A stretch of 63,993 nt of DNA, filler included, from Circinaria calcarea (GCA_051942165.1; 7 parts of 7 records of this genome joined end to end with filler, not necessarily neighbours in it), one strand, 5' to 3'. Shown: positions 36,331 to 51,121, counted from the first letter of the whole stretch. The notes: generated from the sequence alone by a model not told the origin. Program-made: numbers and translations.

Positions 36331-37090
36331 CTAATACCCAGCAATGGCCTTGGGCGCATATGGTTCCTCCAACTTCTGAATCTCCTCCTCGGTAAGCTTC
36401 AACTTCACAGCCTCCACGGCCTCATCGATCCTCTGCGTACTCCCCAACCCAATGATGGGATTCACGCCTTCCTTGCTTAGGCACCAAGCTGTTGCCACAG
36501 CAGCCATAGGGACACCTCTCTTCTTGGCGATCTCTTCAACGCGGTCTACGATAGCATGATCGATGTCGTTCTCTTTGGCGCGAATGAGGCTGTGTAGAAA
36601 CCCGTCCGAGACTTCGCGGGGAGTGGATCGGGAAGACCAAGGACGGGCAAGTACGCCGCGGGCAATCGGGGACCACTAGATGAGAAAATCAGACGGAGTC
36701 CAGACGCGTGATCAGTCTTTTGCAAATCACAGCTTACCGGAATGCATCCCACCCCCGTATCCCGACAATACGGTAGCATCTCCCGCTCCTCCTCCCGATA
36801 GAGTAGGTTGTAGTAATTCTGCATACTGACAAACTGATGCCATCCATGCTCCTTGGCTATATTCTGCAAAGTCTGGAATTCCCAGGCTGCCATCTAAGTA
36901 GTCTAGGATTAGCATAGTCTCCTCCCTCTCTCGCCTGTAGACTCAGCCTACCGAACTAGCACCGATGTACCTCACCCACCCCTTCTCCACTACATCATTC
37001 AATGCCTTCATAATCTCCTCCCGATTCGTATCTCTGTCCAAACGATGGATCTGTAGCACATCGATATAAGTTCCCAGCCTCTTCACGCTC
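36331..37090 (-). CDS. Aldo-keto reductase (aryl-alcohol dehydrogenase-like), 5' truncated, two introns visible
   Basis: [76 protein letters not shown]. Confidence 0.92.
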
Positions 37091-37190
37091 NNNNNNNNNN
37101 NNNNNNNNNNNNNNNNNNNNNNNNNNNNNNNNNNTTAATTAATTAANNNNNNNNNNNNNNNNNNNNNNNNNNNNNNNNNNNNNNNNNNNN
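37091..37190. other. Artificial contig linker
   Basis: N44-TTAATTAATTAA-N44. Confidence 0.99.
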
Positions 37191-38098
37191 GTGGGGGGGT
37201 GGGGGGAAGAAAAGAAAAGAAAAGAAAAGAAATTACTCTTTGGGAAAATAAACCCTTCCCATCCCGTTTCCCCCTTCATTTCTTATCTATATTATACCAT
37301 AGCTTTACATATTGTTTTCGACAACCAAAACAAAAAACGGGAAACAAACAGGTAGCCAAGGCCAAAGCAAAAGCAGAAGCCAAGCATGGTTTAAATTCGT
37401 ATTCGTGGATTTTTTGGAAGTGCGTATCCTACCGATCATCACTTCTCACTTGGGATAGATTAAACCCGCCCCCCGTCACTTTCAACGGATGCGGGAGAGA
37501 CGACATGGAGAATAGAGCATCGCTGCTTTTTTTGTATCTTGGATTGGGCATCTCGTCGCATGCCCTACGAACCGAGCTTTCTAAACGTACCTGCATGCCA
37601 TGCCATGCCCGTGCCAACAATTCCATTCGCATTGTCGTAACCTCGAACCGGAGCAGGGAGAAAGGGGAGGATGAGAGTGCGAAACCCAAAGCAAAGGGTG
37701 CTGAACCATCATCCACCGCCATTTCATCCGTCATCTATCCTATCCCATAAACAGGGGTTTCATTCACGCTAGATAGAAAGACAGAGAGCGCCCAAATTGG
37801 TGATGTGATACCCAGATGCCGATATGCCTATCGCTCAGTTATTCCTCCTTAGAATCTCCCAGCTCCCGAAATTCGCATATTCTAAACTCCTCTTCTCCCC
37901 AATCTGTCTGTTTGTAGCGATTTCGCTACGCCCTACCCGATGCTCCAGCTTTCGTCCATAGAGGCGCCCCAAATCCTCGCCATCACCAAAAGAAGACTCG
38001 TAAGTAACGTTACCAAGCTAGCTGATTTGGAGCCAACAAGACCCAAAGAGCAGCGAGCAGTGAAGAGAGTGGCCAAATGGCATATTGAGGGTGCAGGA

Positions 38099-41000
38099 TC
38101 ACGAAGACAGGAAGACGAGCTCGGATTCCGAATCGGTCGGGAGGTCGGATCCATTGTCCCAGGTATCTAGAGAGACGTATAAGAGCCGTCCGACAAGACG
38201 TCGCTGTCGTACTCACCGGAGAGAGCATCGTCCGGAGTCGAGACTGTTAGGTTGCTTAAATGCTCCAGAACCACTATAGGGTGAGATTAGCAAAACTCTT
38301 CAAGAGGAATGGTATGATCTAGAAAGACCTACTCTCGGCCTGTTGAACGAAGAGAGCCTCCTCTTCCGCGTCTGCATTATAGAACTTTTCCAGGCAATGC
38401 TTCACCACCTTTATGATATCCTCAACAGTCTTCTCGTCGACCGTCTTTGCTGGTTTGATGATCAGGTCGTTTAGCCGCTGGAGACAGGCCTTACAGAGGT
38501 TTTTCGCCGTTGTAGTGAGCTCGTCTGCTCGTTGTTCGTCATCCATAGTGGTAATGTCGTGACCGAAAACCAAACTTTGCAGAAGCCCTATAGTATCTTG
38601 GCGAACCTGGTCGTCAGGATACATCAGCAAAGTCGGTGCCCATTGATGAACGCAGCCCAGGACCAGATTGTGAAGATACTGAGAGTACTTCCGTGCCAAG
38701 CGCTCATTTCGTATGCGACGGGCCTGAGCAAAGAAATAAAGATGTTGTTCGCCCCCAGATTGCCCAATACTCCCGACTTCTTGCGATATGTTATAGACGA
38801 GTTCCTTGATGTCTTGGGGATTCGGACAAACCTCGCACACGGCAAGTGCAGCATGAAGATACGATTCAGCCATATCAGCGGGATCAATATTGACACCCCC
38901 AAGGATAGTCTTGATGACCATGGCAGTCATGCGAAGACCATTCTCGGCGCGAACAATAGCGCGGACAATATTCCGCCCGGCATCGATATTCTGACTCTGG
39001 GCAAGAATCTTATCGAGAAAGGCGATAGCTTTTGAACGATAGGGGTCGAAGCCAATGTTCATCAGTGATTCCTCGTACTTGGCAAGTGGATATTTATGGT
39101 CGGCTAGAATACGTTCTCCGTCCAATTCGTCCACAGACACCTCGAGATTGACCCATCTCAACAGAGTGTCCACGAGACCGGCGAGATTGTACATTGAGAA
39201 CTTGCGTCCTTTCTCGGAGAGACGGAAATATTGTGCGTAATGAGGCGTTTCTGTCCTCAACTTCTTCGCATATTGGTGATCGATTACGAGTAACTCAAGG
39301 CACTGTTTGAGAATACCATCGCGAAGCATTGTATAGGCTTCCACTCTTCCGAAACCAGCAAGATTCTGCAAGAGGCCAAAGTATTCGTCCCAAGCCTTAC
39401 TGTGCGCAGGAATATACGACCACATGTCTTTGAGTCGCTCGAGGATGCCCTGGAATGCTCCGCCCGATACTTCCGGTACCTGATCTGTTGGTGGGTCGTA
39501 CTCCAGCATGTCTACATCGAATCCATAGAGGCGTGGATCGTGATCGCGAAGATATCGCAACGCTCCAACCACCAGAGTTGAGAATTTTACCCGAGCCAAC
39601 TGGTCGGGGTTCCTTAGTAGGAGGCTTCGGAGAGCAAATTCGTGTTGCGATATCCAGTCCAAGGTGGCTTTGCAGCATTCGCTACAATTTCCGGCCCGCT
39701 CAGAAATAATTCTCAGGACCGAGTCGAATTCATGGCAGTCCTTCTCCCTAGATAGAATCTGATCCAGATGTTCCAAAGACAGCCAGATCGCTTTCTTCTC
39801 TAGTGCATGATCCTCGGAGCATGTATTTTTGCTCAAGTCACGAAGCTGTTCAAGCAAGGACTTGGCAAACTTAGCATGCTCGGGGTCGAACAGGCAGAAT
39901 CTCCGGATCCACTTGGTGTTTTCAAGCGTGATCTGCTGTTGTAAGTCGCTGGGAACAGCTTCCTTAACGGGAACATCCATAGGTATCGGTGCGAATTTCT
40001 GCTGCTCGGCTTCCATGGAGCTCGCACGCTGGTAAAACAGCATATACGCGTTCCAGGGTTTATGGTATCGCATGTGAGGGAAGGTTCCCTCACTCAATCC
40101 ACCAAAGCATTGATCTGGAATGTGGCTTGGATCAAACCGATTAACGTCTGCATCGTTGAACTCTAGCCATGTGCTAGTCTGGGCAGGGTTGATAGGGCGT
40201 TCACGGATGTACGAATAGTAATGGCCCGAATCTGTAGTACCGCTGTGCACAAGGACCCCCACAAGATTAAATATATCGGGGGCGGTTGTCTGTCTCGAGT
40301 CCTTGAGATATTCGACATTGTACGGAGTCATATCGATATGCTCGGGAAACTCGAATTTGTCGTTAATCTTACTTCGCATGCCTGTTGCTACGTCGTACTC
40401 AAATCTCTTCAGGTGGAAGATAAGGTTGTCCGGGACGTCTTTGAAGCAGGCCCTGTCATCTTCAGCAAAGCCCATATCCACGATCAAACGACAGACTAAC
40501 CTCTTCATCGCATTTCTATAACTGCCGCATCCCTGGCAGGCATATTTGTTGTCTTGTCGATCTAATCAGCCAATATCAAATCATCCATTAACATTAGCGA
40601 CGAACCTCCTTCCATAGCCTCCCCTCCGACATAAGCGCTCAGGCTTTCTACCAAGGATGCCTTGCCTTGGATCTCGCATTGAATAGCCGAGAAAGGCTCG
40701 ACTCGTTCGGAAATATGACCACATGGTTCAGCGTGAATTTGTTGAACAATTTTTCCTCCGTAAAAGCGAGTAAACGCCTCCTTACCCGATTTCGACAGAA
40801 TCTGGGATTCCCACTTGGCGAACAACAAATTATAGAACTCTTCGACGTCCATCTGTATCGTGACATCTATTGGGCTGTTTTCGTAATTAATTCCGGAATC
40901 GGCGATGCCCTGCGGGTCTACCGCTCGATACCAAGTTTCCTGCATGTATGAAAACAGCTTCTTAGTCTCCGAAAGTAGTTTCTGCGATGCTTCCCCGTCC

Positions 41001-44000
41001 ACAACATCGGCTCTAAGCATAAAGCCACGAAATCCAACGTTCATGAACAGCTGGGTGAAGAGCGAATTCAGGTAACACGTGTTGGAAAGGTTTTTCATTC
41101 CCGGATACCCTGTGAATGACCTGACCATTTTCAGTCGTTCAAAGTTCCAACTCCCATCGTAACGGTGGTCTTCTGCAAAATGAGCAAAGCCCAAATCCCA
41201 CGCGTTGGATCTCTCACCTTGGGGTAGCAAGTTTGTAGTCAAATCCAAGAGCTTCTCATACCCCACAAAATCACCACTTAGCGCAAGAAGAATGGAATAT
41301 AGCTTCGACCGCGTTGGAGAATGTAGTACTGGTATGATAGGATTACTGAGCGCGGTGGAACTTATTTCACCTTGGACGTCGGGAAATAGATGGGTTTGGA
41401 ATATCTTTTCACGAAGATTTCCGCTACCGAAGTTAGCGTGGGCTCAAAATAACAAGAGGAGAACAGAGCATGTACTTGATATTCAAAGGCTTCTTGGTTG
41501 CTTTCATAAGTTGGATACACCAGTCAAGAAGGCTCGTCAAGCCGAAGAGGATCCAATCTACATGATCACGGCCAACAAACTATAAATTATTAGTAGAGTA
41601 TACATCATGTTTTACTTTTCGACGTACCTCGTTGTGCTCTCGCATTAGAAGTAGATCGCTCCAATCTTTTATATAGGTTGCAAGTGGTAAACCATTTCTC
41701 ATATCTTCATCCATAGATCTGAAGATCTCAAGAGCAATGCTGAAGAACTGTTCGGAGTTTTGACTATGCTGGAAGGTACGAGGGATCATCGCGATAATAT
41801 TCTCCCAGAAGAATACAACGAACTCCCGGCTCTTCGTTTCCGTAGGTCTACTTAAAATGGTTAGACGAAGGAAGTTCCATCAGCGGAGGCTGGGGACGAA
41901 CGTAGGTAAGGCGCCACAAACACTCTTCATAGCTGTAGCCACTCCGTCACGAATGCCTCGTATTGGATTCTCAAGTAAGAGACTTTGCAGTGTCTTGGAT
42001 GAATCCTTATGCGATTTGAAATAAGTCCACGTTGGCTTACTATGCAAAGACGCTTCGAGCATGGTTGCAAAGCTGTTTTGGATCAACAGTACAATCTCCG
42101 AGGTCGGTGTAACAGATTGTGTAACAGCAATCAGTTGGTGGAGGCGGTCAATCAGCTTTGACGGGTCTGTAAAGTAGACTGCCGATACTTCCGAAGGGAC
42201 GGGCTCTATCGTACTCAAAGTTTAGTTAAAGTATTGATAGCAGTTTGGGGAAACTGTACCTTTTAAAAAGTTCAGCAAGCAGTCGACTATTCCTGTCGCA
42301 GACGTGACCTCCATCCAAGAAAAGTCGGGTGCGTTTAGAGCTACCAATGCGGCAACAGTTGTATGGACGCCATGGAGTATCAGCTCCTGGCTAGCAGTAC
42401 CCTACAAAATGCTAGTAAGCAAATTAATTGTCTTTAAAGAAATGGGGTTGTGGGGGCGGGGGGGGTAATCTGACATCTTGTAACTGGTTTGACAGCACTG
42501 TCTTGAGTGCATAAACAGAGTAAAGGCCCTTGTAAGGTACCTCTGTTGGAAACAGCGAAGCTAGCGAGGCACTCTCGCTGCACACCATCTCGACAATGGT
42601 CTTGTGTGGTTCGAAAGTGATAAGAAAATCGAACATCTGTCTTACTGTTAGGTTGTCTGCCCTTCCAATCCACTATGTTTAATGTACTCACGTCCTTCCC
42701 GAGCTGCTCATCAATTCCAAGAAGGTCGTAAAGCTCTTGAAAATGTTCCATAACCTCAATCTCTAAAGGCCTTAGAGACTTGGTGGGGTTCGGACTCTGA
42801 ATAGACGTGGCGTCCGGGCATTTTCTGATGAGTAGAAGCCCTTTCTGATCTAGCTTCATGTCCCGCAGAGACATCTCACCGCAGGTTGCAGGATCTACCC
42901 TCTGACCTCCCGCAATTGTGCTGAACTTTGAAAACCCCGTAAGCTTAATTAGATGGTCTGTGAGATCTCTGAAGGTTTCCAGGTCACCGACTTCGATTGC
43001 TTGCTGGCCCTTGTTGGAGCCGCCGTTGAAGGGTTGGTACTTGATACATATCTTCTCGCCTTTCAGGCAATGAGATCCTCGTTGCAACAGCTTTGGCGAA
43101 GGACTAGGCAGGACAACACGAGATCGCGTCCATTTCATGATCTCCTTCAGGATAGACAAAGATCGAACAAAGTAGAGCTTCTCCTTCTGCACTTCTCCTT
43201 CAGAGGCTACAATCACCATGGAATCCTCTTCTCCGCTGGAGGTGCCATCATTCAGCTTTCTGAGTCTGGAGGCGGCCTTGTTAAGCTGGCGAATGCACTG
43301 TTCGACCATCTTTATGTGCGTATCTTCCACAACGTTCGGTGCTGCCCGTCGAACAGTAGGGCTTCCCATATACTGAGAGACGAGCTTTTGAATAGCATTC
43401 TCCCCAATCGCCGGCTGCGGAGCTGATAAAGATATGTGCCATAACAATTCACTGCCGGGGACATTGCATTCTTTATCTCCAGTAGAATCTCTGTATAACG
43501 ATGTCCGGGTCTCATAATGGATGAATTGCTCTGCGAAACGCAGCACGGCTGATGTAAGGCACTGAGGGTCTGCTTGAGGCAAATAAGTCCTGATACATTG
43601 GGTGAGAAAGCTATTGCTTGTACGGGAATTTTGAGCAACCCTCTCAAGCACGGTCCAGGCAGTGTTTTGAGTTTGCTCATTCGAGGCCGCCGCCGCAAAC
43701 ATGCTTTTCCACAAACTTTCCCCCAAATCAGGGGTAATAGAGTCAGGAATATGTCTGATGATTTGCTCCAACAAATCCAAGCGAACGGCAAAGGGGTCAT
43801 TGTAGTCATCCGAGTTGATGACGTTTGTTGGCTGCTTTCTAGTCACCGAGGCTAGGTCGCTAATCATTAACGAAGTGATATCGGAGGTCCTTGCAAGTGT
43901 CTCAATATCTTCCCGAGGAGACTTTTGAAGCAGAACATTCATCGCTGCGATGCTCCCAGTCGCCAAGGAAGATCTTGCAGATATATCCTCGATGCATTCC

Positions 44001-46347
44001 TGATAAATACTGTGTCTGTCGGTATCACCAGGCCCCACATCCAGTAAGTTTTGCAGCTCAGCGGAAGCGTACAGGTAGATCTCTCGCTTCCTATTTGATG
44101 ATAGCGAGACATCTGCCGAAGCCTGGCGGATTAGCCGGATGCATAAGTGATATGGCAACATATCAAGCTTATTCGAGAGCTGTTTACCCCAGCTATCTCG
44201 AAGGAACTTTAAAAGTGTCCCACAATATGCAGTCATCCTTCCGTCGAAAGCTCGGATCGGTAGATCGTTGAGTTGCTTGCATAGATATAGTAAGATGTGA
44301 TAGTCGGCAATGTTCAAGACGCTTTCGATCATAGTGAGAACAGCGTCGATTGCTCGTGAGTCCTGACTGGAAGCTACGGTCTTCCAGATCACGTCTGATT
44401 CCGCCTCTGTATACCTACGCGCCACAATTAGGAAGCCAACGATATTCCCGCTACGTACAATCAATTGCGGATGAGACTCAACTCCCACTAAGTAGTCGAT
44501 GAGTTTGTCTTCGAGGATATGATGAGCAAGGTACTTGACGATCGGTTGTTGCGCACCCATTGATTTATTCTGAATGTACTTTGTGAAAATCTCCACAAGC
44601 TCCACTTGCAGGCTTTCAACTCCTTGGACGCGGATTTCCATTCGCCCTTGTTTGATACACTTTTTGAGTAACTGATACTTCCACGCGACTTCGATCAAGA
44701 AAGCTCGGTCAAGCTTACTTAGACCAACGGTAGACGGGCAAGTTTCGGGATAATGGAGTGCTGCTAGCTCGTCGTCGGCGTACATGATATTGCGTATTAG
44801 CAGACTCAAATCGCCGACCAGTCCTTTGCATAACTCTAGAGATAGTGTGGAAATTTGTTTCGTAACGAATGTCTGTAGCTTTGTTTCGACAATGTCAAAT
44901 ACCCGAAACGCCTCCGACATCAACGGAATGGTGTAAGATACTAGACCTCTTGCGATTTCACTGTCCGACTCTTGTAGGTTCAGGCAGTAGTTTACCAGGA
45001 TATTGGTCAATTTGAGGGGCTGCCACACATACCCGAGAAGACCAGGTTGACTTTGAGACTGCTCTAACAAAAGCTCTATATATCGAGAAATACCACGAAG
45101 ACCATTGATGGGAGCCTCTGTGAATCGGCGAATAGCTCCCACCACCACGGGACTAGAGTCATACTTGTAGAAATCGTGTAGAGTCTTCCAAAGTGGAATT
45201 TGCTTTGTCGGTAATGGAATCCAAGAGAATTTGGACAGGTATGGCGGTGAAAGAAGGTCAGGCATAACACCGGGGTTCTCAACATGATCGTCAAGGGTCT
45301 GGCAGTCCACTTGGATCATCCTGGCAGTCAGTGCTACGAAAGCCGCCGAGAACTCAATAACGAAATGGAAGTTGGTACGATCCTGGTCGACCCCTACCAT
45401 AGCAAATGCATCGTCAAATCTGATGCTGCGACATTGAAGTCAGCCGTGTCTCTCTATAAGATCATAAAAATCTTACCTCCGCCGCAGGAAGCCCTCCATT
45501 ATCAATGGCAACTCTTCCCAAAACTCTCGGGCATCTGTAAATAGATTCCACCACTCCGAGCTGTATTGTTCTGTCTGTTCTAGGTAACTTTCAATCCAAT
45601 CGGCAAGAAGTTTCAGGAGTTCTCCGCCATGAGTATCGCCTAAACATGAAATTAGCAGAGCATCCATAGCAGCCAGAATGATGGATGTTAATAGTTACCT
45701 TTTTCAAAGGCTTGCGCCAAGTATCCAATAGCCTGACGGGGATCCTGATACCTACCAGCGAGTGGGAAACTATCCAGGAGTTCTGTCTGTAGGTCTTCCA
45801 CGGTAGATACACTAACCATTGGCTTCCACCTAGTCTGTCGGGGATCGTCGTCCATATCTTCAATCTCCGCTACCTCAATCTCGGGACTTCGGGCTGGAGA
45901 GGAGGACACTGTAACAGTCCCTGGAGGGGTGGAACCCATGTTGGTTGAGGAAGCTGGTTGGCTGGGCTGTGCCGTATCGTATGTATCTGGAATTTCGGTA
46001 GGAGCCATGCCCTGTTGTGGTGAAGAGCTGTCCACAATTCTATCACGGACATTGATGGTAACTCTGCTGGGAGTTCCGTGCAGTGAGTGGTGAGATGTGT
46101 TATCCAGGGTAGGTGCTGGCTCTTGCTCGCGTGCATCACCGCTTGTGTTAGGCAGGAGCTCCTCAAGGTTGGAGCCAGCTTGTGGCGGTAAGGCTCCATC
46201 TACAGACATACTTCTGTACGCTTGTTCTCCGCTGTCAAGACGAGGGCGCTTTCTAGTGACTGAGGAATCTGCGTCTTCCATAGAATTACGAGTGGGTGGA
46301 CAAGGTCCCTCAGACGTTGTACGATTAGGCGTCCGCGGTACTTCCAT
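38099..46347 (-). CDS. Large ubiquitin-specific protease (USP34/USP24-like, peptidase C19, DUF3517-like C-terminus), many exons
   Basis: Cys box GMKNLSNTCYLNSLFTQLFMN, QMDVEEF, LIFHLKRFEYD, His box GVLVHSGTTDSGHYYSYIRER..FND..NAYMLFYQR; GRMEIRVQG; N-terminal RKRPRLDSG. Confidence 0.9.
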
Positions 46348-46378
46348 CACATTGTACCTGCTGCATGTAGCGGGCAAA

Positions 46379-46478
46379 NNNNNNNNNNNNNNNNNNNNNN
46401 NNNNNNNNNNNNNNNNNNNNNNTTAATTAATTAANNNNNNNNNNNNNNNNNNNNNNNNNNNNNNNNNNNNNNNNNNNN
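46379..46478. other. Artificial contig linker
   Basis: N44-TTAATTAATTAA-N44. Confidence 0.99.
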
Positions 46479-46577
46479 GGGGATGGAGTAGACGTGGACG
46501 GAAGAGGCGATGAAGAGGACTCGTTGGATGGCGTCGGCGGGGAGGGGGGCGCCGGTGGAGGGGTCGACGGTTGTCAT
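46479..46577 (-). CDS. NECAP / adaptin ear-binding coat-associated protein (DUF1681), N-terminal fragment (absent from the ORF track)
   Basis: Manual translation MTTVDPSTGAPLPADAIQRVLFIASSVHVYSIP matches the fungal NECAP N-terminus pattern. Confidence 0.75.
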
Positions 46578-46942
46578 TGTGGAGGATGGCGTGAGGAGGG
46601 GATGGCAAGGGTATCACCAGCGAGGCTCACGCGTGGATTTTTAGTTTTAAAGTTGCCATTATTGGGAAACTGTTTCCTCATCATTGATGATTCGTATTGA
46701 AACGACGCGGATCCCCTTGTCAATGATACCCCACGCTTATGGTAGGGCTGACGGGAGATCTACGAGTCCTCTCTGACTCTGGGAAATTTAGCATGTGACT
46801 CTGCTTTAATGGACATTTATTTAAAATTAGCATTACATATTGATAAAAAAGCAACCCCCGTGTTCACAAAACGCTAAACAAACTCTACGATCTTAGGTGC
46901 AATTGATCTAGAGGCAAGTGGTAGCTCTTAGGTGCCGCTAAG

Positions 46943-48439
46943 ATGGCAGGATCAATACCATCCCGTAAGTCCACGCTGCCTACTCCGTATGATACCTCAA
47001 GGAACTGACCCTCCCTCACAGCACCAAATTCTCCCTCCCCACCCCCAATACTATCTCAACTCAATTCCTACCAGCCTCTACTGCCTACTGAAGATATTCT
47101 ATCCATGGCCCACGTCGCGGACGTTAGTGATATACCGAAAAGCAATGGCAAGGCGCCCTTTGAGTACTGCCCCTCGCCGACTCAATCCCACCCCTTGTAA
47201 ACCATTTCCAACGCAAGGACTCCAGCTAACTTCCTTCTTTCCATCCACAGTATCGTCTCAACCTACCACTCCCTCCTCGCCGCCGACCCCGACCTCACCA
47301 TGCCCGTCGCCGCAATCGAAGCCCTCGTCCTCCTCCTCTCGCACTCCTCCTCCACCACTATCTCCGAAACCCTCGACCTCCTCGCCACCTCGACCGCCCA
47401 CCTGAAACGCTCCGTCCGCAATCCCATCTCACTCTCCGCCGGCACCGATCTCTTCCAACGCTACCTCATCACCACTCTCCAACGGCCCAGTAACCTTGGT
47501 CTCGGTGCCGGAGGCGGAGACTTCAAAGCCATACGCCAGCATCTCCTGAGTAACGGTCGCTTGTTCGTCAAGCGCGCCAAGGAAGCCAGGAGGACAATCG
47601 CCGAATACGGCCGTCGATTCATCCGCGACGGCAGCGTCGTCCTCACAAATGGTGGCTCTCGCGTCGTCGGTGCCATCCTCCGTGCTGCAGCCGAAGCTCG
47701 CTCAAATAGCGTCCGCTTCCAAGTCATCTATGTGCAATCTCCCTCCTCCGTCTCATCTTCTTCCCCTCCCTCCTCTTCCTCTTCTGCACCCGCATCCACC
47801 ACAGAAGGCCACCCCATCATCCAAACCCTGCGCGCCCTCCAAGTCCCCGTCGCCGTCATTCCGGACTCGGCAGTTGCATACAGCATGGGCAAAGTGAGCC
47901 TAGTCCTCGTGGGCGCCGAGGGCGTCGTCGAAAACGGCGGCGTCATCTCCCGCCTCGGCACCTATCAGATGGGCATCCTCGCCAAGAGCGCCGGGAAACC
48001 GTTTTACGTCGTCACCGAGAGCCATAAGTTTGTCCGGCTGTATCCGCTCGGCCAGTACGATTTGCCGATTGAGCAAAAGGTGCTGGATTTTCGGATCGAG
48101 GAGGAGCCGGCTGAGGCTAGGGGGAAAAGGGGAAAGGAGAGTCGACAGGAAAAAGAGAGGATGGAGAAGATCCCGGAGGAGTGGGCCGGACAGACGCCGG
48201 CAGTAAAGAAGGAGAGGCGAGAGTATTTTAACGAGAAGGAGGAGGAGGAGGATGATAAGCCGCCGTCGAAAAGGGCGCCGAGGAGGAACGACGAGGCAAG
48301 AAGGATAAGAGACGAGGGGCAGGGACCCAAAGACGCAGTCGACTACACGCCGCCCGACCTCATCACCGCGCTCATTACGGAATCGGGCGTGCACACGCCG
48401 AGCGCCGTCAGCGAGGAGTTGATTAAGATTTGGTATTGA
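46943..48439 (+). CDS. gcn3: Translation initiation factor eIF2B alpha subunit; two 5' introns
   Basis: PFD|IVSTY..PDLTMPVAAIEAL..ISLSAGTDLF..VLVGAEGVVENGG..TESHKFVRLYPLGQYDL..VDYTPPDLITALITE..PSAVSEELIKIWY*. Confidence 0.95.
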
Positions 48440-48535
48440 TGGGTTTTTGGTTCGTTTAGCCCTAACTAGCAACCCAATAGTGGTGATAGTAGTAGTAGTG
48501 ACTAGCAAAAAATTAAAGATCCAGGGGGAGTGAGG

Positions 48536-48830
48536 GGATGTGATGTGATGTGATGTGATGTGAGAATTTTTTTTAAAAAAAAACCCCTTTAGGATCCCCT
48601 TTAGGATTCCGTATTCAGGATCTCTTCAGGAATCCCCTTCAAGATATCTTCCAGGATGCAGGAAAAAAGGAAAGAAGGAAAGAAACAAGAAACAAAGAAA
48701 AAAGGAAAGAAACAAGAAAGGAAGGAAGGAAGGAGAGAGGATTCTTCTCTTCTCTCCTCTCCTCTCTGGCTACCTATTCTATTCTATTCCTATTCTATCC
48801 TTTCCTATTCTATCCTTTCCAATTCCTCTG
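48536..48830. repeat. Low-complexity intergenic tract: (GATGT)n, purine-rich and (TATTC/TATCC)n runs
   Basis: Directly visible between the convergent gcn3 and sreA 3' ends. Confidence 0.7.
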
Positions 48831-49095
48831 CTGTGCGGTTCTCTACTCTACGTAGGAGGCCTCCGATTCGACCCCCCCATGTTTGATACAGTGATACAGT
48901 GATATAGGTATAGTGAGTGATAGAGGGTTAGGGGTATATTTTTTCACTGCTGCTGCTGCCGCCGGGTTTCCCCCGCTCTAGGCGCGGACTAGCAGTGGAT
49001 TTTCGGGTATGGAGGTAGTACACCGCCCGTGGTATAAATATGTACATCCCCCGGCCTTTCCCTTGCTTTTTCCATTCTCATCCAAATCTAATATC

Positions 49096-51121
49096 TTACA
49101 CCACTCCATCCGTATTCCCAATGCCATCCCGATTATCATCCGCATCCTCATACCCATCATCCAGCTCCTCCAACTCCCTCTCCTTGGCCCGTAACCTCTC
49201 CCGCATCTCTTCCGCCTCCATCCGCAGCCGCTCTTTCCTCTTTTCCTTTTCCCTATCCCTGTTCCATTCCGTCCCCGTCCCGGTAACGGTAACGGTTCCT
49301 CCACCCGGGTCTTCATATCCCCGGCGCGTCGATTGATGGTCCGGTGTCGGTGGGAGTGAGGATTTAGAGTTCGCTTGCGCCTGCGGGACCGAAACGGGTC
49401 GAGCATGTAAAGGTTTCGCGGCTGTAAGATTGGGATCAATGAGGGGGTCTTCGTGGACGGGTGTTTGGGACGTTGGGTTGAGGATGGAAGAAATGGAGCT
49501 AAGCCGGTTAGGGTGGTGGCGTAGATCATCGGGTAGGAGGTCAGGAGTGCGGGTGAGGGTGCCTTCGGCTCTGGAAAAGCTGCGTTTGCGGCGGTTGTCT
49601 TGGGAGTGAAGCTGTGGGGAGTGTTGATTTTGGACTGGGGGCGGATATAACATGGGTGGGTGGAAGAGGCTTCGGGGGTGGAGATCTAGCTCCGAGTGAT
49701 GGAGTTGGTGGTTGGTTTGGCGAGGGGATGGCGGTGGGCGGGTGATGTGATAACCGGTGAAATCGATGGGAGGTGGTTCGTAGAGAGGAGATTCGTCGGG
49801 AGGCTCCCGTGTTCGGAGACCCAGGTTGATGGAATTGTCAAAAAGATGGGTTGAAGGGTATTCTGGATGGAACCCCATGTCCATGGTGGCAACGGATGAC
49901 GGCTCTGGCGATACAGATGTATTGTAAGATGGTTGGCTTGGTGGGTCGGGATAGTGGTCTTGATTTGCCGGCACAACTCTCTTTCTCCGCTTGATTGTGG
50001 ATTTTTTCATCGTTACCGGCCTCGTTATCCCATGAAGTTTATGATACAGGCCTGGGAGCCCTGTCAGTACAGCCACCAAGAATTTCCGAACAAGCAACTC
50101 ACCGCAAGCATTGCAAATCGTGTGACCGGCTTCATCCCGCCGCCATAGAGGTGTAACGGTAGTTCCGCAGTTTTTGCAAGAAATCTCACCGCCTCCATGG
50201 GCTGGTAGGACAGCAGCCTGATCATTCGGGAGTAACAAAGGGCTATTCTCGTCGTGTGAAACGTGCCCGCTGGTGTCGTTGCTGTCATCCAAGTTATCCG
50301 ATCTTGCCGATTTAGCTGGATATACCTTCTTCGATATTCGATTATTGTATGCGGGACAGCCATTGCATCCATCAGCGCCACCAGTACCATTACAGCGTCC
50401 CCCGCCTGGGCAAGAACCTGTAAATACTTGCAATGCGCCCGTGTCTGCGGTTTCGAGACTTGGCATGGCGCCGCTGGCAGTAGCGGGCAGGATACTTATA
50501 TGGTGGTTGGAGTTCTCAGCTTCGGTGTTCGAAGATAGGGCACTCGCTGAAGGAGGACGTTTAAGGTTCATCGGTCGAGCAGTGTTTCGGGCTTTGAGAT
50601 ACAGTCCGCAAGCGTTGCATATCGTTGACCCAGACGGTGATCTTCGCCAAAGGGGCGTCTTCGATGTTCCGCAATTGCTGTAATATGTGGTCAGCATCTT
50701 CCCAGGCCCAAACGCCTACTCCTACCATGCAGTATATAAAAGATGTCTGGGCTACAAACCTGCATATCTGCCCTAGAGCTGGAGGGTTACTGATTGGACC
50801 ATATTGCGTATCCAATATCCGTTCTTGCGAGGTTGCCCGAGGGCTTGTTTGACGTTGCTGATGTGAAGTGTAGTCCAGCGGGCCCAGTCCATTGTCCTCT
50901 GTACCAATGGAAAGCTCGTAGTCCTCAGGAAGCCGGTCTCTGCTCCTATCCGAGTATTCGGCCTCGGTATTGTGCCGCGCTCGCTGAGAGGGTTGAACCA
51001 GCTGTTCGGCCACAGTGTAGTCGGTTTCTGATGACTGCTGCGATGGAAGATGTGATGGCGGCATCAGAGTAGGTGCTTGGGGTGGTCTTTGTAGCGGTTC
51101 AGCGAGCCGCGGACTTCTCAT
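49096..51121 (-). CDS. sreA: GATA-type iron/siderophore repressor SreA (Sre1/Fep1 family); two introns
   Basis: Two GATA fingers ([22 protein letters not shown] and [28 protein letters not shown]) flank the Cys-rich [20 protein letters not shown] iron-sensing segment; C-terminal coiled coil ([28 protein letters not shown]). Confidence 0.95.

Noticed and set aside
37199..38170. ORFs of 183, 101 and 76 aa downstream of the USP gene
   Set aside because: They start in low-complexity sequence and have no motifs; probably 3'UTR or intergenic.
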